From Naegleria gruberi (taxonomy: Eukaryota), in assembly GCA_000004985.1 (NCBI GenBank), contig GG738856.1: 64,000 nt of DNA; one strand, written 5' to 3'. A program made the position numbers and the translations under genes. The notes under the pieces are model-generated. The model was not told where the DNA came from. It saw only the letters and a program-made list of their open reading frames with translations, and did not search any database. Positions 1-10,653 of the stretch are shown one piece after another (within the stretch, counting starts at the first letter, position 1; each line of letters begins with the position of its first letter).

Positions 1-1
1 A

Positions 2-517
2 GATTTAAAATTATTATCTAATAATAGATTACAAGATAATAATGTAATTTTACAATGTGTTGAAAATATTCAAGATTTAGAATTATCAATTTCAATTATT
101 TTATCAATCATTTCAAAAATTTCAATTCAAGGAAGAAAATCTTTTATGGAAATTTATAATTCTTCACAATTTTTATTAATTTCATTAGAAAATTTATTAA
201 TTAATTCACAAGATTATATTCAATTTAATAATACTAATAATAATAATACTAATAATACTGATACTAATAATGCTAATAATAATAATAATGAAAATATTAA
301 TGAAAGTATATGTGAATTTATTAATGATCAATTAGATTCAAATTCTAATAATAATAATAATAATAATAATATTGAAAGAGTGAGTGAATTTATATTAAGA
401 TGTACAGCTCAAAGACCATATTTAATATCAGAACCTACTCAACAATTAATGTATGCTCTCATATCAAGAGATGAAATTAGAGTTTCAACTGCTTTAACTG
501 AAAAAGTACCTTGGTAA
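2..517 (+). CDS. 3' end of an unknown N-rich protein. The reading frame is open from window base 2, so this is a partial CDS, and the track's 146..517 ORF is its tail.
   Basis: Frame 2 is open from position 2 to the TAA at 515-517. It contains an N-codon homopolymer tract. The upstream part of the gene lies outside the window. Confidence 0.4.
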   Translation, partial: DLKLLSNNRLQDNNVILQCVENIQDLELSISIILSIISKISIQGRKSFMEIYNSSQFLLISLENLLINSQDYIQFNNTNNNNTNNTDTNNANNNNNENINESICEFINDQLDSNSNNNNNNNNIERVSEFILRCTAQRPYLISEPTQQLMYALISRDEIRVSTALTEKVPW

Positions 518-950
518 TCATCAACATGAACACACTCAATAATCATTATATTATACACATTAATAAAACATTATTCAAGGATATTATAATCATATCAATA
601 TCAATATCAATAACAATAATAATACTCATTAATTGCAAGTGTACACTGAAAACAGACTATTAGTTGTATTGAATGGCTTAGCCACCCATTACAACTGTTA
701 CTTCTCGAGTTCTAATAAGGACTCGCACTAGATGCGTTTATTTGAAAATTGAAGCTAAGGGTGCGTGTATTATAGACATGGTAAACATTCGATCGTTCCG
801 TAGTTGGTTCATTAGTGTTGGTTGTTCGTTCAACTTATCTGAGGGGAGGAAAAACATGATGATTTTTTCAGTTCGCAAGTGTTAAGGCTCTTTTCATCAT
901 CTTAAAAAAATACAACAACAACAAACTCTTAACTACCTTATACTCAAAAG

Positions 951-3900
951 ATGGCAGAAAAAGAGTTGGATCCAAGATTATTGGATATCATGAAGGAAAC
1001 AGGTACAAATGTGTCCGGTGATGATTTATCTGCTTTGAAGAGTGTGAGTGTTAGGGAATTAATTAAATTGTGGGAAATTTTAGGTCAAACACAAGAACAA
1101 ACTCCAGTTAAAGGTATAACAATGAAATCATCAACAACGGCAACAAAATCAAAGAAGGAAATCTTTGAAGAATGGACAAAGGGTGTAGTTGAAAACTTTA
1201 AAAAGGAGACTGAAAAGAAGGCTGAAAAATCGAGTTCGGGACTAAAGCCTAAAATCATGAATGATGTTGATTATTCAAAGGTTTTAAAAGATGCTAGAGC
1301 AAATCTTAGAAAGAGAATTAATCTTGATGAACAAACAGCAGTTGCTGTTGATTCAAATGATTCAAAGTCTGTTAAGGATTTAACTGCTAAAAGAAAAATT
1401 GAAAATAAGAGTGAAGTTAAACTCAGAACAACTCCTTACTATGAAACTGTACTTAAAAAGAAATCATCTCAAGTAGGAAAACTTGTTAAACCTGCAGTTA
1501 TACCACAAATTGTTAGTGTTTGTGATTCTAGAAGAAAGCCAACAGTCGTTGCTTCAAAACAATTAGGTGCCGATGGATCTGTTTATGTCTTTATTGAAGT
1601 TGCAACAGAACAAGAAATTAGAGATTTACTTTTTGAACAAGGATCCGATAGTACTATTTCTGCTCAAAATATTACAGAACAACCAAATATTCAAAGAATT
1701 ACTTCTGAAGATTTAGAAAGTGTAGTTTATAAGGTTGATCCAGAAAGTATTGGTGAAGGTGGTCAAATTTCATTGAAAGTTCATTATACTGAAGGTGAAA
1801 CTGGTGAAAGAAAGACTGATACTCTCGTTCCAATTCAATTAGGTTTTAATGATACAGTGGAAACTGAACAAAAAGAAACTGGTGAATTTGAAAGTACATG
1901 GTTTAAAACTGGTCAAAAGAATGAAACTAAGGAAACAGTTTCTTTTGAAGCTCCTCTTCAAGAAGCTGTAGATTCATTTATTGAATCAACTGGTCTTTCA
2001 CCAATTTCAGAAGTACAAAGAGATTGTGCTAGTTCTCCAGAGAAGGGAAAACATACCATGCAATTCTTTGCAAAGAAGAATGAGAAACCAATTCTTATCA
2101 AAGTTGTTTTTTCTGAAAAACCAAATGGAACCACAGATGCAATTATTTCTTCTAGATCTGAACTTGAAGCTGCTAAATCAAATACTGTTAAAGGGTTGAA
2201 GAAATATTGGGAATGTTTAAGACAAAACAAAACTGATATTATTAAGGGCCATGGAATTAAAATCAAGATTGAAAAGACTGAAAAGGAAGAACAAGAAAAG
2301 GCTGAAAACTTGAGAATTTCTCGTAAAAAAGAGCAAGAAGAACAAGAAAATCTCAGAAAAGAACAAGAAGAACAAGAACGTTTGAGAAAAGAGAAGGAAG
2401 AAGTGGAAAGAATTAGAAAGGAGCAACAAGAACTTGAAAAGCTCAGAAAGCAACAAGAGCTCGAACGTCAACGTCTTGAAGAAGAGGAAAGACTCAGACA
2501 AGAAGAAGAAGAACGTTTGAGAAAGGAACAAGAAGAACTTGAACGATTCATAAAAGAACAAGAAGAAGCTGAACGAAAGCTCATAGAGGAAGCTGAGGAA
2601 CTCGAAAGACAACGTCTCGAAGAAGAAGAACGTTTAAGAGCAGAAGAACAAGAAAGAATAAGACAAGAGCAAGAAGAGCAAGAACGATTGATCAAAGAAG
2701 CTGAAGAACAAGAAAGACTTCGCTTAGTAGAAGAAGAAAGAATCAGAAAGGAACAAGAAGAACGTGAACGTCAACGCTTAGCTGAAGAAGAACGTTTGAG
2801 AAAGGAACAAGAAGAGTTGGAAAGACAAGAGCAAGAAGAAGAAGAGAGAATTAAGAGAGAAGCTGAAGAGCTCGAACGTCAACATTTGGCTGAAGAGGAA
2901 AGAATCAGACAAGAGCAAGAAAGAATCAGAAAGGAAGAAGAAGAGTTCGAACGTCAACGCTTAGCTGAAGAAGAACGTTTGAGAAAAGAACAAGAAGAGT
3001 TGGAAAGACAAGAGCAAATAAGAATCAGAAAGGAACAAGAAGAGCAAGAACGATTGATCAAAGAGGCTGAAGAACAAGAACGACTTCGCTTAGCTGAAGA
3101 AGAAAGAATCAGAAAGGAACAAGAAGAGCTCGAACGTAAACGTCTTGAAGAAGAGGAAAGATTCAGACAAGAAGAAGAAGAACGTTTGAGAAAGGAACAA
3201 GAAGACCTCGAACGTCAACGTCAAGAAGAAGAAGATAGAATTAAGAGAGAAGCTGAAGAGCAAGAAAGACTCATTCATGCGGCTGAAGAGCAAGAAAAGC
3301 TCAGAATTGAGCAAGAAGAAAGAGATAAAGTCGAAGCTGAACGTCTCAAAATTGAACAAGAAAAGAGAGAAGAAGAAGAACGAATTCTTAAAGCTCAAAA
3401 GGTAATAGATGATAAGAGAAGTGAAAGAAGCCAAAAATTAGTTGACAAGATGGAAGAATTTTGGGCTAGATTTGGAAAACCATTGAAATCTAAAGAATTT
3501 ATGGACACTTTTCCATTCATGATCAAAGTTCATACTCTTAAAGCTCATCAAGCTATTGAAGTTATTGTTTCACCACCACCACCACAAGAAGGAAATACTT
3601 GTTACAAGAATATTAAGGTTTCCGTAAATCCACTTGTTCATACAGGTGTGGTATTGGAATCATTCCAAGTTATTATTGATGATTTATATCCATCAAATAG
3701 TCCATCATCTGCCGCTATTGCATTAAGAAGAAAGGATAATTTCCCAACTGGTGTTATTGGTGAATTGAAAATTGAATTTGATGAAGTTACTTTTGATCCA
3801 TCTAATGATGAAATTGTTGGAGAAGAACAATCAAATGAAGCATCATTTGGTGATATTGATTTCAAATTTGGTGAATTTATTATTAATGATATTGAACATT

Positions 3901-6900
3901 CTGATTTTGATGAATTCAAAGCTTTATGGGCAATTGATAGTTTTGGTGACAAGGTTTTAGGGAATGCTTATTGTAAAACTGAAGATTTCCCACAACCAAT
4001 TGATCTTGTAAAAGCCTATTGTGCATTTAATGACGTTTTACCACTTGTTCATGTTAAAGAAGGAGCTGATGAAGGAACAAGTTACTTTGGATCATCAATG
4101 GATTTTCCATCCGGAGATTCAGTTTACGTTTTATTGAAATGTAATGTTTATGAAGGTGGATTACTTCAACTTAAACTTCAAGCTAAATCTGTTGAAGAAG
4201 AATTTACTGAATCATTTATGAGATCAACATTTGAAGATTTTAAAAAGACAATTAATTGTGTTGAACCACCAGAACCACAAGATAAATCTATTGAATTCAA
4301 AGTTGGTAAACCAATTAAAATTACTCAAAAGAAGTTGATCATTTCTAAACCAATTGATTCTAAAGTACAAGTTGGTGTTACCAAGGCAATTTATCCTAAA
4401 GGTAAATCACTTTTAAAGTATCTTATTAAGAATATTGGTGATGAACCATTATTAGAAGTTAAAATGAAAGCAACAGGTGAAGGATTTGTTGAAACATTTT
4501 CATCTGAAGCCATTTCAATTAATCCAGGTGAAGAAGGTTTAATTTATAAGGTTTATAAATGTGGTGAAGGATCTATTTCATCTGAAATTGAAATTGATGG
4601 AGGTGAAGGTGAAGAATTATTTGATACTTTTATTGGTGAATCAGATACAATGGAAGATTGTTATCCAACTGTTGACTTTTTCCATTCTGAATGGAACAGC
4701 TTGGAAGCACATCATTTTGATGAACACGATCCAATTATTGTTCAAAGTATTGATATTAATGAGATTGTTCAATGTTGTAATGATGCATTCCTTTCTGAGA
4801 AGGCTTTAAATCAACAAGCAGTTGTTGAAAATAATTTGAATTCTCTTAATTATGCTTTCCATTTAAATTCAGGTGAAGAAGCTTTTGTTAAAGTTGGTTT
4901 GGAATTAGTTGGAGATGATCAAATTCAATGTAAAGTTTCATTGAGATCAGAAGATGCAAATGCTGAAAAGTATCATCAATCCCTTGCTAAATCACTTGCT
5001 GTTCAAGCTAAAAAGATTAGTGATTTGAAGAGAATGGCCGAGGAAGCTGCAATCCCTCCAGTCGAAGAGGAAGAAGAGCCAGCTATGCCACCTGTTGAGG
5101 AAGAACCTGCCATTCCTGATGTTGAGGAAGAAGAACCTGCCATTCCACCAGTTGAAGAGGAAGAGGAACCATCTATGCCACCAGAAGAAGAACCTCCAAT
5201 TGATGAAGGAGAACCTATTGAACCACCAGTTGTTGAGGAAGAAGAACCTGCCATTTCACTTGTTGAAGTTGAAGAGGAAGAACCTGCAATTCCACCTGTA
5301 GAAGAGGAAGAAGAACCTGCAATCCCTCCAGTGGAAGGAGAACCAGTTATTCCTCCAGAAGAAGAACCTCCAATTGAGGAAGAATCACCTATTGTTCCTG
5401 AAGAACCACCAGTTGTTGTTGTTGAAGAAAAGAAACCTGAACTTCCACCTCCAATAGTTATTGAAGAAAAGAAGCTAGAACCAGTTAAAGTTATTGAAGA
5501 AAAGAAGCCAGAACCACCTGTAGTTGTTGAAGAAAAGAAACCAGAACCACCTGTAGTTGATGCACCAAAGAAACCAGTTATTGTTGAAGAAGATGTTTTT
5601 GAAGAAGAAGAACGTGTTATTAAGGAAAATGCATTTGATGCAGCCAAATTATCAAATCCATCATGGCTTAAACCAAGATTTAATGTTTCTAATACTCAAG
5701 GATCATCAACAGATAAAAGAATTTGGGAAATTGACTTTTTTGCATCAATATTCCGTGTATTTGATAAGAAGGGTGGTAAATTGAAGAGTACTTATCATGC
5801 TAAAGATTTATATTCACTTGAAAGACATTTTACAGATTCAAGAAGATCAACGTTGAGATTCTTTGGTGATAAGAATCCACATGAATTAGTATTTGAATCA
5901 AATTATCATAGAGAAAGATTTTTTGAATGTTCATCATGTATGAGAAAGAATTTATTTGTTTGGTGTCCATCAGTTTGTGGAGAAGGTCAAACAAAATGTA
6001 TAACAGATATTAAGGGTACATTTATTGCTAAAGAAAATGGTAAACCAACAGAATATAAAGGACAATGTAAAGTTAATGCCTATGCTAAACCATTTGAAAG
6101 TATTAAAGTATTTACAATGACATGGAATATGGGTGGTAAAAAGGCTCCAAAAGATCCTAAAGAATTACAAGATTTATTAATACCTGGTAAATATGATTTA
6201 TATGCCATTGCTACACAAGAAACAGGTTTTCCTAAAGATGTTAACAAATTCAAAGCCTATGTTGAAAATTGTTTAGGTGATAAGTATATTGTATTAACAT
6301 GTATGACAATGTGGGAAATTCAATTAGTTGTATTATCAAAGAAATCACATTTTTTAAAAATATCAAATATTCAAGGTGTACAAAAAGCAACTGGTTTAGG
6401 TAAATTAGCAGCTAATAAGGGTGGTGTTGGTATTTCTCTATGTTTTAATAATACACCAATGTTATTCATTTCTGCTCATTTAGCAGCTAATCATGGTGAA
6501 AATCATGAAGATAATGATTCTTTAAATTTGAGAAATCAAAATGCAAGAGAAATTATTGATGCAATGGCAATTGGTAATCCAACTATGGATATTGGTGGTC
6601 AATTTGATTATATATTCTTTATGGGTGATACAAATTATAGAGTACAATTACCATATGATCAAGCTGTTGGATTAGCAAAGAATAAGCAATATGATGAATT
6701 ATTGAAATTTGATCAACTTCGTATGCAACAAAAACAAGGTGTTGCTTTTTATGGATTTAAAGAAAGTGCTATTAAATTTCCACCAACATATAAATATAAG
6801 GCAGGTACATTAGAATTTGATACTAAAAAGAAGAGAACACCATCTTATACTGATAGAATTTTATTTAAAACATTCCCTGCTTCACAAATTGTTGCTGAAA

Positions 6901-7481
6901 AATATACTGCTAAATATCCAGAATGTAAACATCCATCTGATCACTTACCTGTACAATGTATTTTCAAAATTCCAACTCATAGACCTTTTGTTTCTGTATT
7001 TACAAGTGATTCTCAATTCACATGTCAAATTATTTTTGATTCAATTATTTGTAAATTAGCTGTTAGAGAAGATTTAAAGAATCCATCTGTTACTTTCTAT
7101 GCTCCATGGTTAGATAGTAATGAAAAGGGTGAATATCCAATCACTTCACCAATTCCAAATACAAGAAAACCAGAATGGAGTGGTTCTTTAATACCAACTT
7201 TAACTCCTGCAACTTCTGATATGGTATTTTTAAGATTACAACATATTGCCTTGACTATTAGACAAGGAAAACCTGATATCAAGACTGGTATTGACAATCT
7301 TATTGGTACTGTTGTACTTCCATTACAAAATGCTGTACTTAAGAGTCCTGATGTACATCAATTTAAGGCACCAATTAATGCTCAAGGTGGTTTAGCTGCT
7401 GGTATTATGGAAGGAAGTTATCGTATTGTTTATAAGAAGGAAGATTTGAGTCAAAAGTTAATGAATGTTGAAATTGAATAA
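951..7481 (+). CDS. Giant inositol polyphosphate 5-phosphatase (2176 aa, single exon). It combines a long E/R/K/Q coiled coil, an acidic proline-rich repeat block, an MSP/ASH-like beta region, a PH-like region and a C-terminal catalytic domain.
   Basis: ATG at 951 and TAA at 7479-7481. Catalytic motifs are present: 'FTMTWNMGG', 'GVGISLCFNNTPMLFISAHLAANH', 'YIFFMGDTNYR', 'PSYTDRILFK' and 'PSDHLPVQCIF'. These match the conserved blocks of the 5-phosphatase (IPPc) family. Confidence 0.8.
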   Translation: MAEKELDPRLLDIMKETGTNVSGDDLSALKSVSVRELIKLWEILGQTQEQTPVKGITMKSSTTATKSKKEIFEEWTKGVVENFKKETEKKAEKSSSGLKPKIMNDVDYSKVLKDARANLRKRINLDEQTAVAVDSNDSKSVKDLTAKRKIENKSEVKLRTTPYYETVLKKKSSQVGKLVKPAVIPQIVSVCDSRRKPTVVASKQLGADGSVYVFIEVATEQEIRDLLFEQGSDSTISAQNITEQPNIQRITSEDLESVVYKVDPESIGEGGQISLKVHYTEGETGERKTDTLVPIQLGFNDTVETEQKETGEFESTWFKTGQKNETKETVSFEAPLQEAVDSFIESTGLSPISEVQRDCASSPEKGKHTMQFFAKKNEKPILIKVVFSEKPNGTTDAIISSRSELEAAKSNTVKGLKKYWECLRQNKTDIIKGHGIKIKIEKTEKEEQEKAENLRISRKKEQEEQENLRKEQEEQERLRKEKEEVERIRKEQQELEKLRKQQELERQRLEEEERLRQEEEERLRKEQEELERFIKEQEEAERKLIEEAEELERQRLEEEERLRAEEQERIRQEQEEQERLIKEAEEQERLRLVEEERIRKEQEERERQRLAEEERLRKEQEELERQEQEEEERIKREAEELERQHLAEEERIRQEQERIRKEEEEFERQRLAEEERLRKEQEELERQEQIRIRKEQEEQERLIKEAEEQERLRLAEEERIRKEQEELERKRLEEEERFRQEEEERLRKEQEDLERQRQEEEDRIKREAEEQERLIHAAEEQEKLRIEQEERDKVEAERLKIEQEKREEEERILKAQKVIDDKRSERSQKLVDKMEEFWARFGKPLKSKEFMDTFPFMIKVHTLKAHQAIEVIVSPPPPQEGNTCYKNIKVSVNPLVHTGVVLESFQVIIDDLYPSNSPSSAAIALRRKDNFPTGVIGELKIEFDEVTFDPSNDEIVGEEQSNEASFGDIDFKFGEFIINDIEHSDFDEFKALWAIDSFGDKVLGNAYCKTEDFPQPIDLVKAYCAFNDVLPLVHVKEGADEGTSYFGSSMDFPSGDSVYVLLKCNVYEGGLLQLKLQAKSVEEEFTESFMRSTFEDFKKTINCVEPPEPQDKSIEFKVGKPIKITQKKLIISKPIDSKVQVGVTKAIYPKGKSLLKYLIKNIGDEPLLEVKMKATGEGFVETFSSEAISINPGEEGLIYKVYKCGEGSISSEIEIDGGEGEELFDTFIGESDTMEDCYPTVDFFHSEWNSLEAHHFDEHDPIIVQSIDINEIVQCCNDAFLSEKALNQQAVVENNLNSLNYAFHLNSGEEAFVKVGLELVGDDQIQCKVSLRSEDANAEKYHQSLAKSLAVQAKKISDLKRMAEEAAIPPVEEEEEPAMPPVEEEPAIPDVEEEEPAIPPVEEEEEPSMPPEEEPPIDEGEPIEPPVVEEEEPAISLVEVEEEEPAIPPVEEEEEPAIPPVEGEPVIPPEEEPPIEEESPIVPEEPPVVVVEEKKPELPPPIVIEEKKLEPVKVIEEKKPEPPVVVEEKKPEPPVVDAPKKPVIVEEDVFEEEERVIKENAFDAAKLSNPSWLKPRFNVSNTQGSSTDKRIWEIDFFASIFRVFDKKGGKLKSTYHAKDLYSLERHFTDSRRSTLRFFGDKNPHELVFESNYHRERFFECSSCMRKNLFVWCPSVCGEGQTKCITDIKGTFIAKENGKPTEYKGQCKVNAYAKPFESIKVFTMTWNMGGKKAPKDPKELQDLLIPGKYDLYAIATQETGFPKDVNKFKAYVENCLGDKYIVLTCMTMWEIQLVVLSKKSHFLKISNIQGVQKATGLGKLAANKGGVGISLCFNNTPMLFISAHLAANHGENHEDNDSLNLRNQNAREIIDAMAIGNPTMDIGGQFDYIFFMGDTNYRVQLPYDQAVGLAKNKQYDELLKFDQLRMQQKQGVAFYGFKESAIKFPPTYKYKAGTLEFDTKKKRTPSYTDRILFKTFPASQIVAEKYTAKYPECKHPSDHLPVQCIFKIPTHRPFVSVFTSDSQFTCQIIFDSIICKLAVREDLKNPSVTFYAPWLDSNEKGEYPITSPIPNTRKPEWSGSLIPTLTPATSDMVFLRLQHIALTIRQGKPDIKTGIDNLIGTVVLPLQNAVLKSPDVHQFKAPINAQGGLAAGIMEGSYRIVYKKEDLSQKLMNVEIE
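2283..3411 (+). repeat. In-frame tandem coding repeats of roughly 24-27 nt units, variants of E-E-Q-E-R-L-R-K-E-Q, forming a predicted coiled coil of about 375 aa.
   Basis: The repeats are visible as 'gaacaagaagaacaagaacgtttgagaaaagaa' and variants. They translate to EEQERLRKEQEE heptad-like units. Confidence 0.7.
5041..5595 (+). repeat. In-frame tandem coding repeats encoding (E)n-P-A-I/M-P-P-V and then EEKKPEPPVVV units, an acidic proline-rich spacer.
   Basis: Repeated 'gaggaagaagaacctgc(a/c)attcc(a/t)cc(a/t)gt' units, followed by 'gaagaaaagaaaccagaaccacctgtagtt' units. Confidence 0.7.
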
Positions 7482-7483
7482 AT

Positions 7484-8566
7484 TTATTGAGATTTCCAAT
7501 TTGGATCATATTTAACATCACTAACACTATTATGTAAATTAATATATTTAGCATATTCTTGAGCTCCTTCAACATCATTTGGTTCTTCATCATAAGTTTT
7601 AACTTTACCATATTTCTTCAAGTCTGAAATTACCTTTTCATGTGAATGCCATCTTGGATATTGGAATACTTTGTGATGTTTGACTATTTTTTAAAAATTA
7701 TTAAAATTAGAATATAAGAAAATTATTTAAAAATTAGAATAAAAATTATTAGAACATTAGAATTATTAGAATATACATCAAATAAATTACTTACATGGAG
7801 GTAAAACCATATGTAAATGTAAATGTTTAACACTAACTGGAAAGTTATAACCAGCAACAACATTCTGTTCAACATTGAAATTTTCACCAAATCTAGATAA
7901 ATCTCTCTTTTTAAATTCTTGAACACCAGCATTAAATAAATCTTCTAAAAGTGAAATATGAGAAGCATTTAAACAAGTAACATCTTCATAAACAGCAGTT
8001 GGAATGACATCAATGTGATCATCATGAACTGATACACCAAATTTATCATTAAATAAACAAATATTATCATCTCTAAATAAAATTGGAGTACTAGTATTCT
8101 TTCCTGTTAAAATATCAAGAAAAACATTATCAGGTAATTGTTGAATATCTTGTGGAACAAGTGGAAATGAACATCCTGTACAAAAATCAACATGAACTGC
8201 ATTTGGTTTAATACAGGCTGCACATATTTTACCATATTGATGTTTTGTTGTATCTTGTTGAATAACTCCACGATCATTTCTTTCCTTTTCAATCACTTTT
8301 AAATCTTGTTCATTAAAATCTTTCCAATGATTTTTATTAAATCTAAATGATGTTGTTGTTGTTGTTGCTGACATTTGTGAATGATGATATTGTTGTTGTT
8401 GTTGTTGAAGTTGTGAATGATTAAAATTGCTCAAAGGCTTGTTGTTGATCAATAATCGACAAGAAGGCTTCCTCAGGTTGAGAAGAGATTTAATTTTTTT
8501 TAATGATGGAAGAAGCAGTGAACTTGTATATCTATTCATAGATTGTTGATTACTTGTTATCCTCAT
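7484..8566 (-). CDS. HIT (histidine triad) family protein with an upstream CxxC...CxxC zinc-binding segment. Two exons, 8566..7795 and 7683..7484. The N-terminus resembles a mitochondrial presequence.
   Basis: Histidine-triad motif 'VKHLHLHMV'. The track ORF ends at 'PPCK*', but the apparent stop is the perfect donor CAT|GTAAGT. Splicing to the AG acceptor at 7684-7686 continues the frame for 65 codons to the TAA at 7484-7486. The first ATG is at 8566 (MRITSNQQSMNRY...), and the track's start at 8593 is a TTG. Confidence 0.6.
7684..7794 (-). other. Spliceosomal intron (111 nt, AT-rich) of the HIT gene.
   Basis: GTAAGT donor and TAG acceptor on the minus strand, with the frame continuing across the junction. 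Confidence 0.55.
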
Positions 8567-8742
8567 AAATAATGAAATTGTAATCTTGTTCAAATGCCAT
8601 TGTTCAACATTAAAAATATCAAATAAATATCAATTTTAATAAAATCAAATAATAATAATATTAGTGTGGAAAGATTCTCATTCCAGAGAGGGATGATGAT
8701 GGAAAGAAAAGAAATAAAATTTCAAAATTTTTATGAATAAAA

Positions 8743-8967
8743 ATGTTAGAGAATTTAAAAAAAAATGACCAATCTTCCACCATCTTATGTAGTAGTAGTA
8801 TTCCAGATGATGGTGGTGATAATTCCATGAATATACATAATGATGATATTGAAAATATTGAATTATCTATTGGTGATGTTATTTGGTTAAAATTAGAAAC
8901 ATTTCCATGGTGGCCTGCAAAAGTATGTTTTTGTTTTTTATTATTTAATCATTTAATCATCATCATC

Positions 8968-8999
<32 letters not shown>

Positions 9000-10653
9000 T
9001 TATCATCATATAATAATAATAATATAAATATCATCATCATATAAATATTATCATCATATATTAAAATAATAGATTGTAGATTGTAATGATACAAAAATAC
9101 CTAATACAGTATTAAAAGAAAAACAATCACATTTAAAATTAGTTAAATTTTTTAATTCACCACCATCAGAAGAATATTATTGGATTGATTCAAATAAGGA
9201 TATGATTAAATTATTTAAAAATGATCCATATTTATTAGATAATAATGTTACTGTTATTAAAAATAATCCAAATTTAAAAAAAGCAATTCATCAAGCTAAA
9301 CAATTATGTGGATTTGAATTACCTAATAATAATAATAATAATAATTTATCATCTAATGATAATTCTAAAAAAAGAAAGAATGAAAATGAATTATCAAATG
9401 AAAATAAGAAAATGAAAGATTTAGTTATATTAACAGATGAAGAATTAAATTCTATTAAAGAAGAATTATCTAAATCTATTGAAACTAATAATAATAATGA
9501 TATTAAACATTATTTAAATTTTATTAATGATAAATGTAATCAAATTACAGTTGATCAATTAAAAACTTGTAAAATTGGTCAAGTTGTTGCTCAATTAAGA
9601 AAACATTCAGATGAACATATTTCTAAAATGGCAAAAGATTTAGTCAAGACTTGGACTTTATTAGTTTCTTCTTCTTCTTCTTCTTCTAATACTGCATCTA
9701 ATAGTACTAATACTACTACAACTAATAGTGGTACTACTTCAACAAATGCTGCTACTACTACTACTACAGCAACTACTACAACTAAGAATGAAAAGGCTCT
9801 TAATAATACTCCTAAAAAATCATCAACCACAGATGATAAACCTAAAATTAAAAAGGTTATTAATACAACTACTGGTAGTACTAGTACAACAAGTGCAACA
9901 AAATCATCCAACACCAATACCAATACCACCACCACTACTAGTAGTAATAGTAGTACAACTACAACAACTAAACAACCACTTGCTATTAAACCAATTAAAA
10001 CATCACAATTATCCAACCATAATAATCAAGCAGTATCATCATCATCATCATCACCATCATTAAAATCACCAACAACACCACTCTCTGCATCAAGTTCATC
10101 CAATTCACTATCTAGTAGTACATTATTTGATACAAGTAAAATACCACAATGTACTGAAAGTAATCGTAATAGATGGAGACAAAAAATAGGAGAAGGATTA
10201 TCAAAAGTACCAAATTCTACTGAAGATTTAATTATTGAACTATGTGTTGAAATTGAAACACAAGTTTATAATTATTTTAAAACATTAATAACAGCAACAT
10301 CTTCATCATATGATGATCATTGTAGAACATTGAGTAGAAATTTAAATGCATCTAATAATGATGATTTTAGATCAAATGTTTATCATTCAATTATTCCAAT
10401 TGAACAATTACCAATTATGAAAGTACAAGATATGGCTTCAAAAGAGAAACAAAAAGAAAATGCTCTATTACAAGAACGTAAATTACATAATAGTATGGTT
10501 GCTAAACCTGCTGCTGTTGAATCTTCAATGTTTAGATGTGGTAAATGTAAGAAAACTCAATGCACTTTTTATGAAATGCAAACTAGATCTGCTGATGAAC
10601 CTATGACTGCTTTTATTACTTGTCTAAGTTGTGGAAATAGATGGAAACAATAA
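8743..10653 (+). CDS. PWWP-domain / TFIIS (transcription elongation factor S-II) fusion protein. Two exons, 8743..8922 and 9073..10653.
   Basis: Exon 1 ends '...GDVIWLKLETFPWWPAK' followed by GTATGT. Exon 2 starts after a TAG acceptor in the same phase with '...KLVKFFNSPPSEEYYWIDSN', completing a PWWP-like fold. It then has a TFIIS N-domain-like 'IGQVVAQLRKHSDEHISKMAKDLVKTW', a central-domain-like region, and the C-terminal zinc ribbon 'CGKCKKTQCTFYEMQTRSADEPMTAFITCLSCGNRWK' with the RSADE acidic loop. Confidence 0.65.
8923..9072 (+). other. Spliceosomal intron (150 nt) of the PWWP-TFIIS gene.
   Basis: AAA|GTATGT donor and TAG|ATT acceptor. The length is a multiple of 3 and the frame is preserved. 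Confidence 0.6.
8941..9060 (+). repeat. (ATA/TAA)n microsatellite with interspersed 'atcatcat' inside the intron.
   Basis: Visible as 'ataataataataataataataataat...atcatcatat' at 8950-9059. Confidence 0.7.

Noticed and set aside
835-870. 'ctga' and 'atgatga' motifs upstream of the phosphatase gene resembling snoRNA boxes D and C.
   Set aside because: They are in the wrong order and spacing for a C/D snoRNA and have no terminal stem. They are probably 5' UTR or promoter sequence.
2217-3434. F/L-rich antisense ORFs (131 aa, 114 aa, 75 aa) opposite the coiled-coil repeats.
   Set aside because: They are the antisense of the GAA/GAG/AAG-rich repeats, hence poly-F/L/S.
5003-5647. 214-aa S/T/G-rich ORF antisense to the 5-phosphatase.
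   Set aside because: It is the reverse complement of the in-frame acidic Pro-rich repeat array. Repeat periodicity keeps the antisense frame open. There is no independent support.
6946-6960. 'cacttacctgtac', resembling the 5' end of U1 snRNA (ACUUACCUG).
   Set aside because: It lies in frame within the conserved SDHLPVQ motif of the phosphatase. That is a coincidence of codons and there is no flanking snRNA structure.
9591-10063. Poly-V and poly-L/Q ORFs antisense to or overlapping the TFIIS gene.
   Set aside because: They are generated by the (ACT/ACA/AAT)n codon runs of the T/S/N-rich segment and are spurious.
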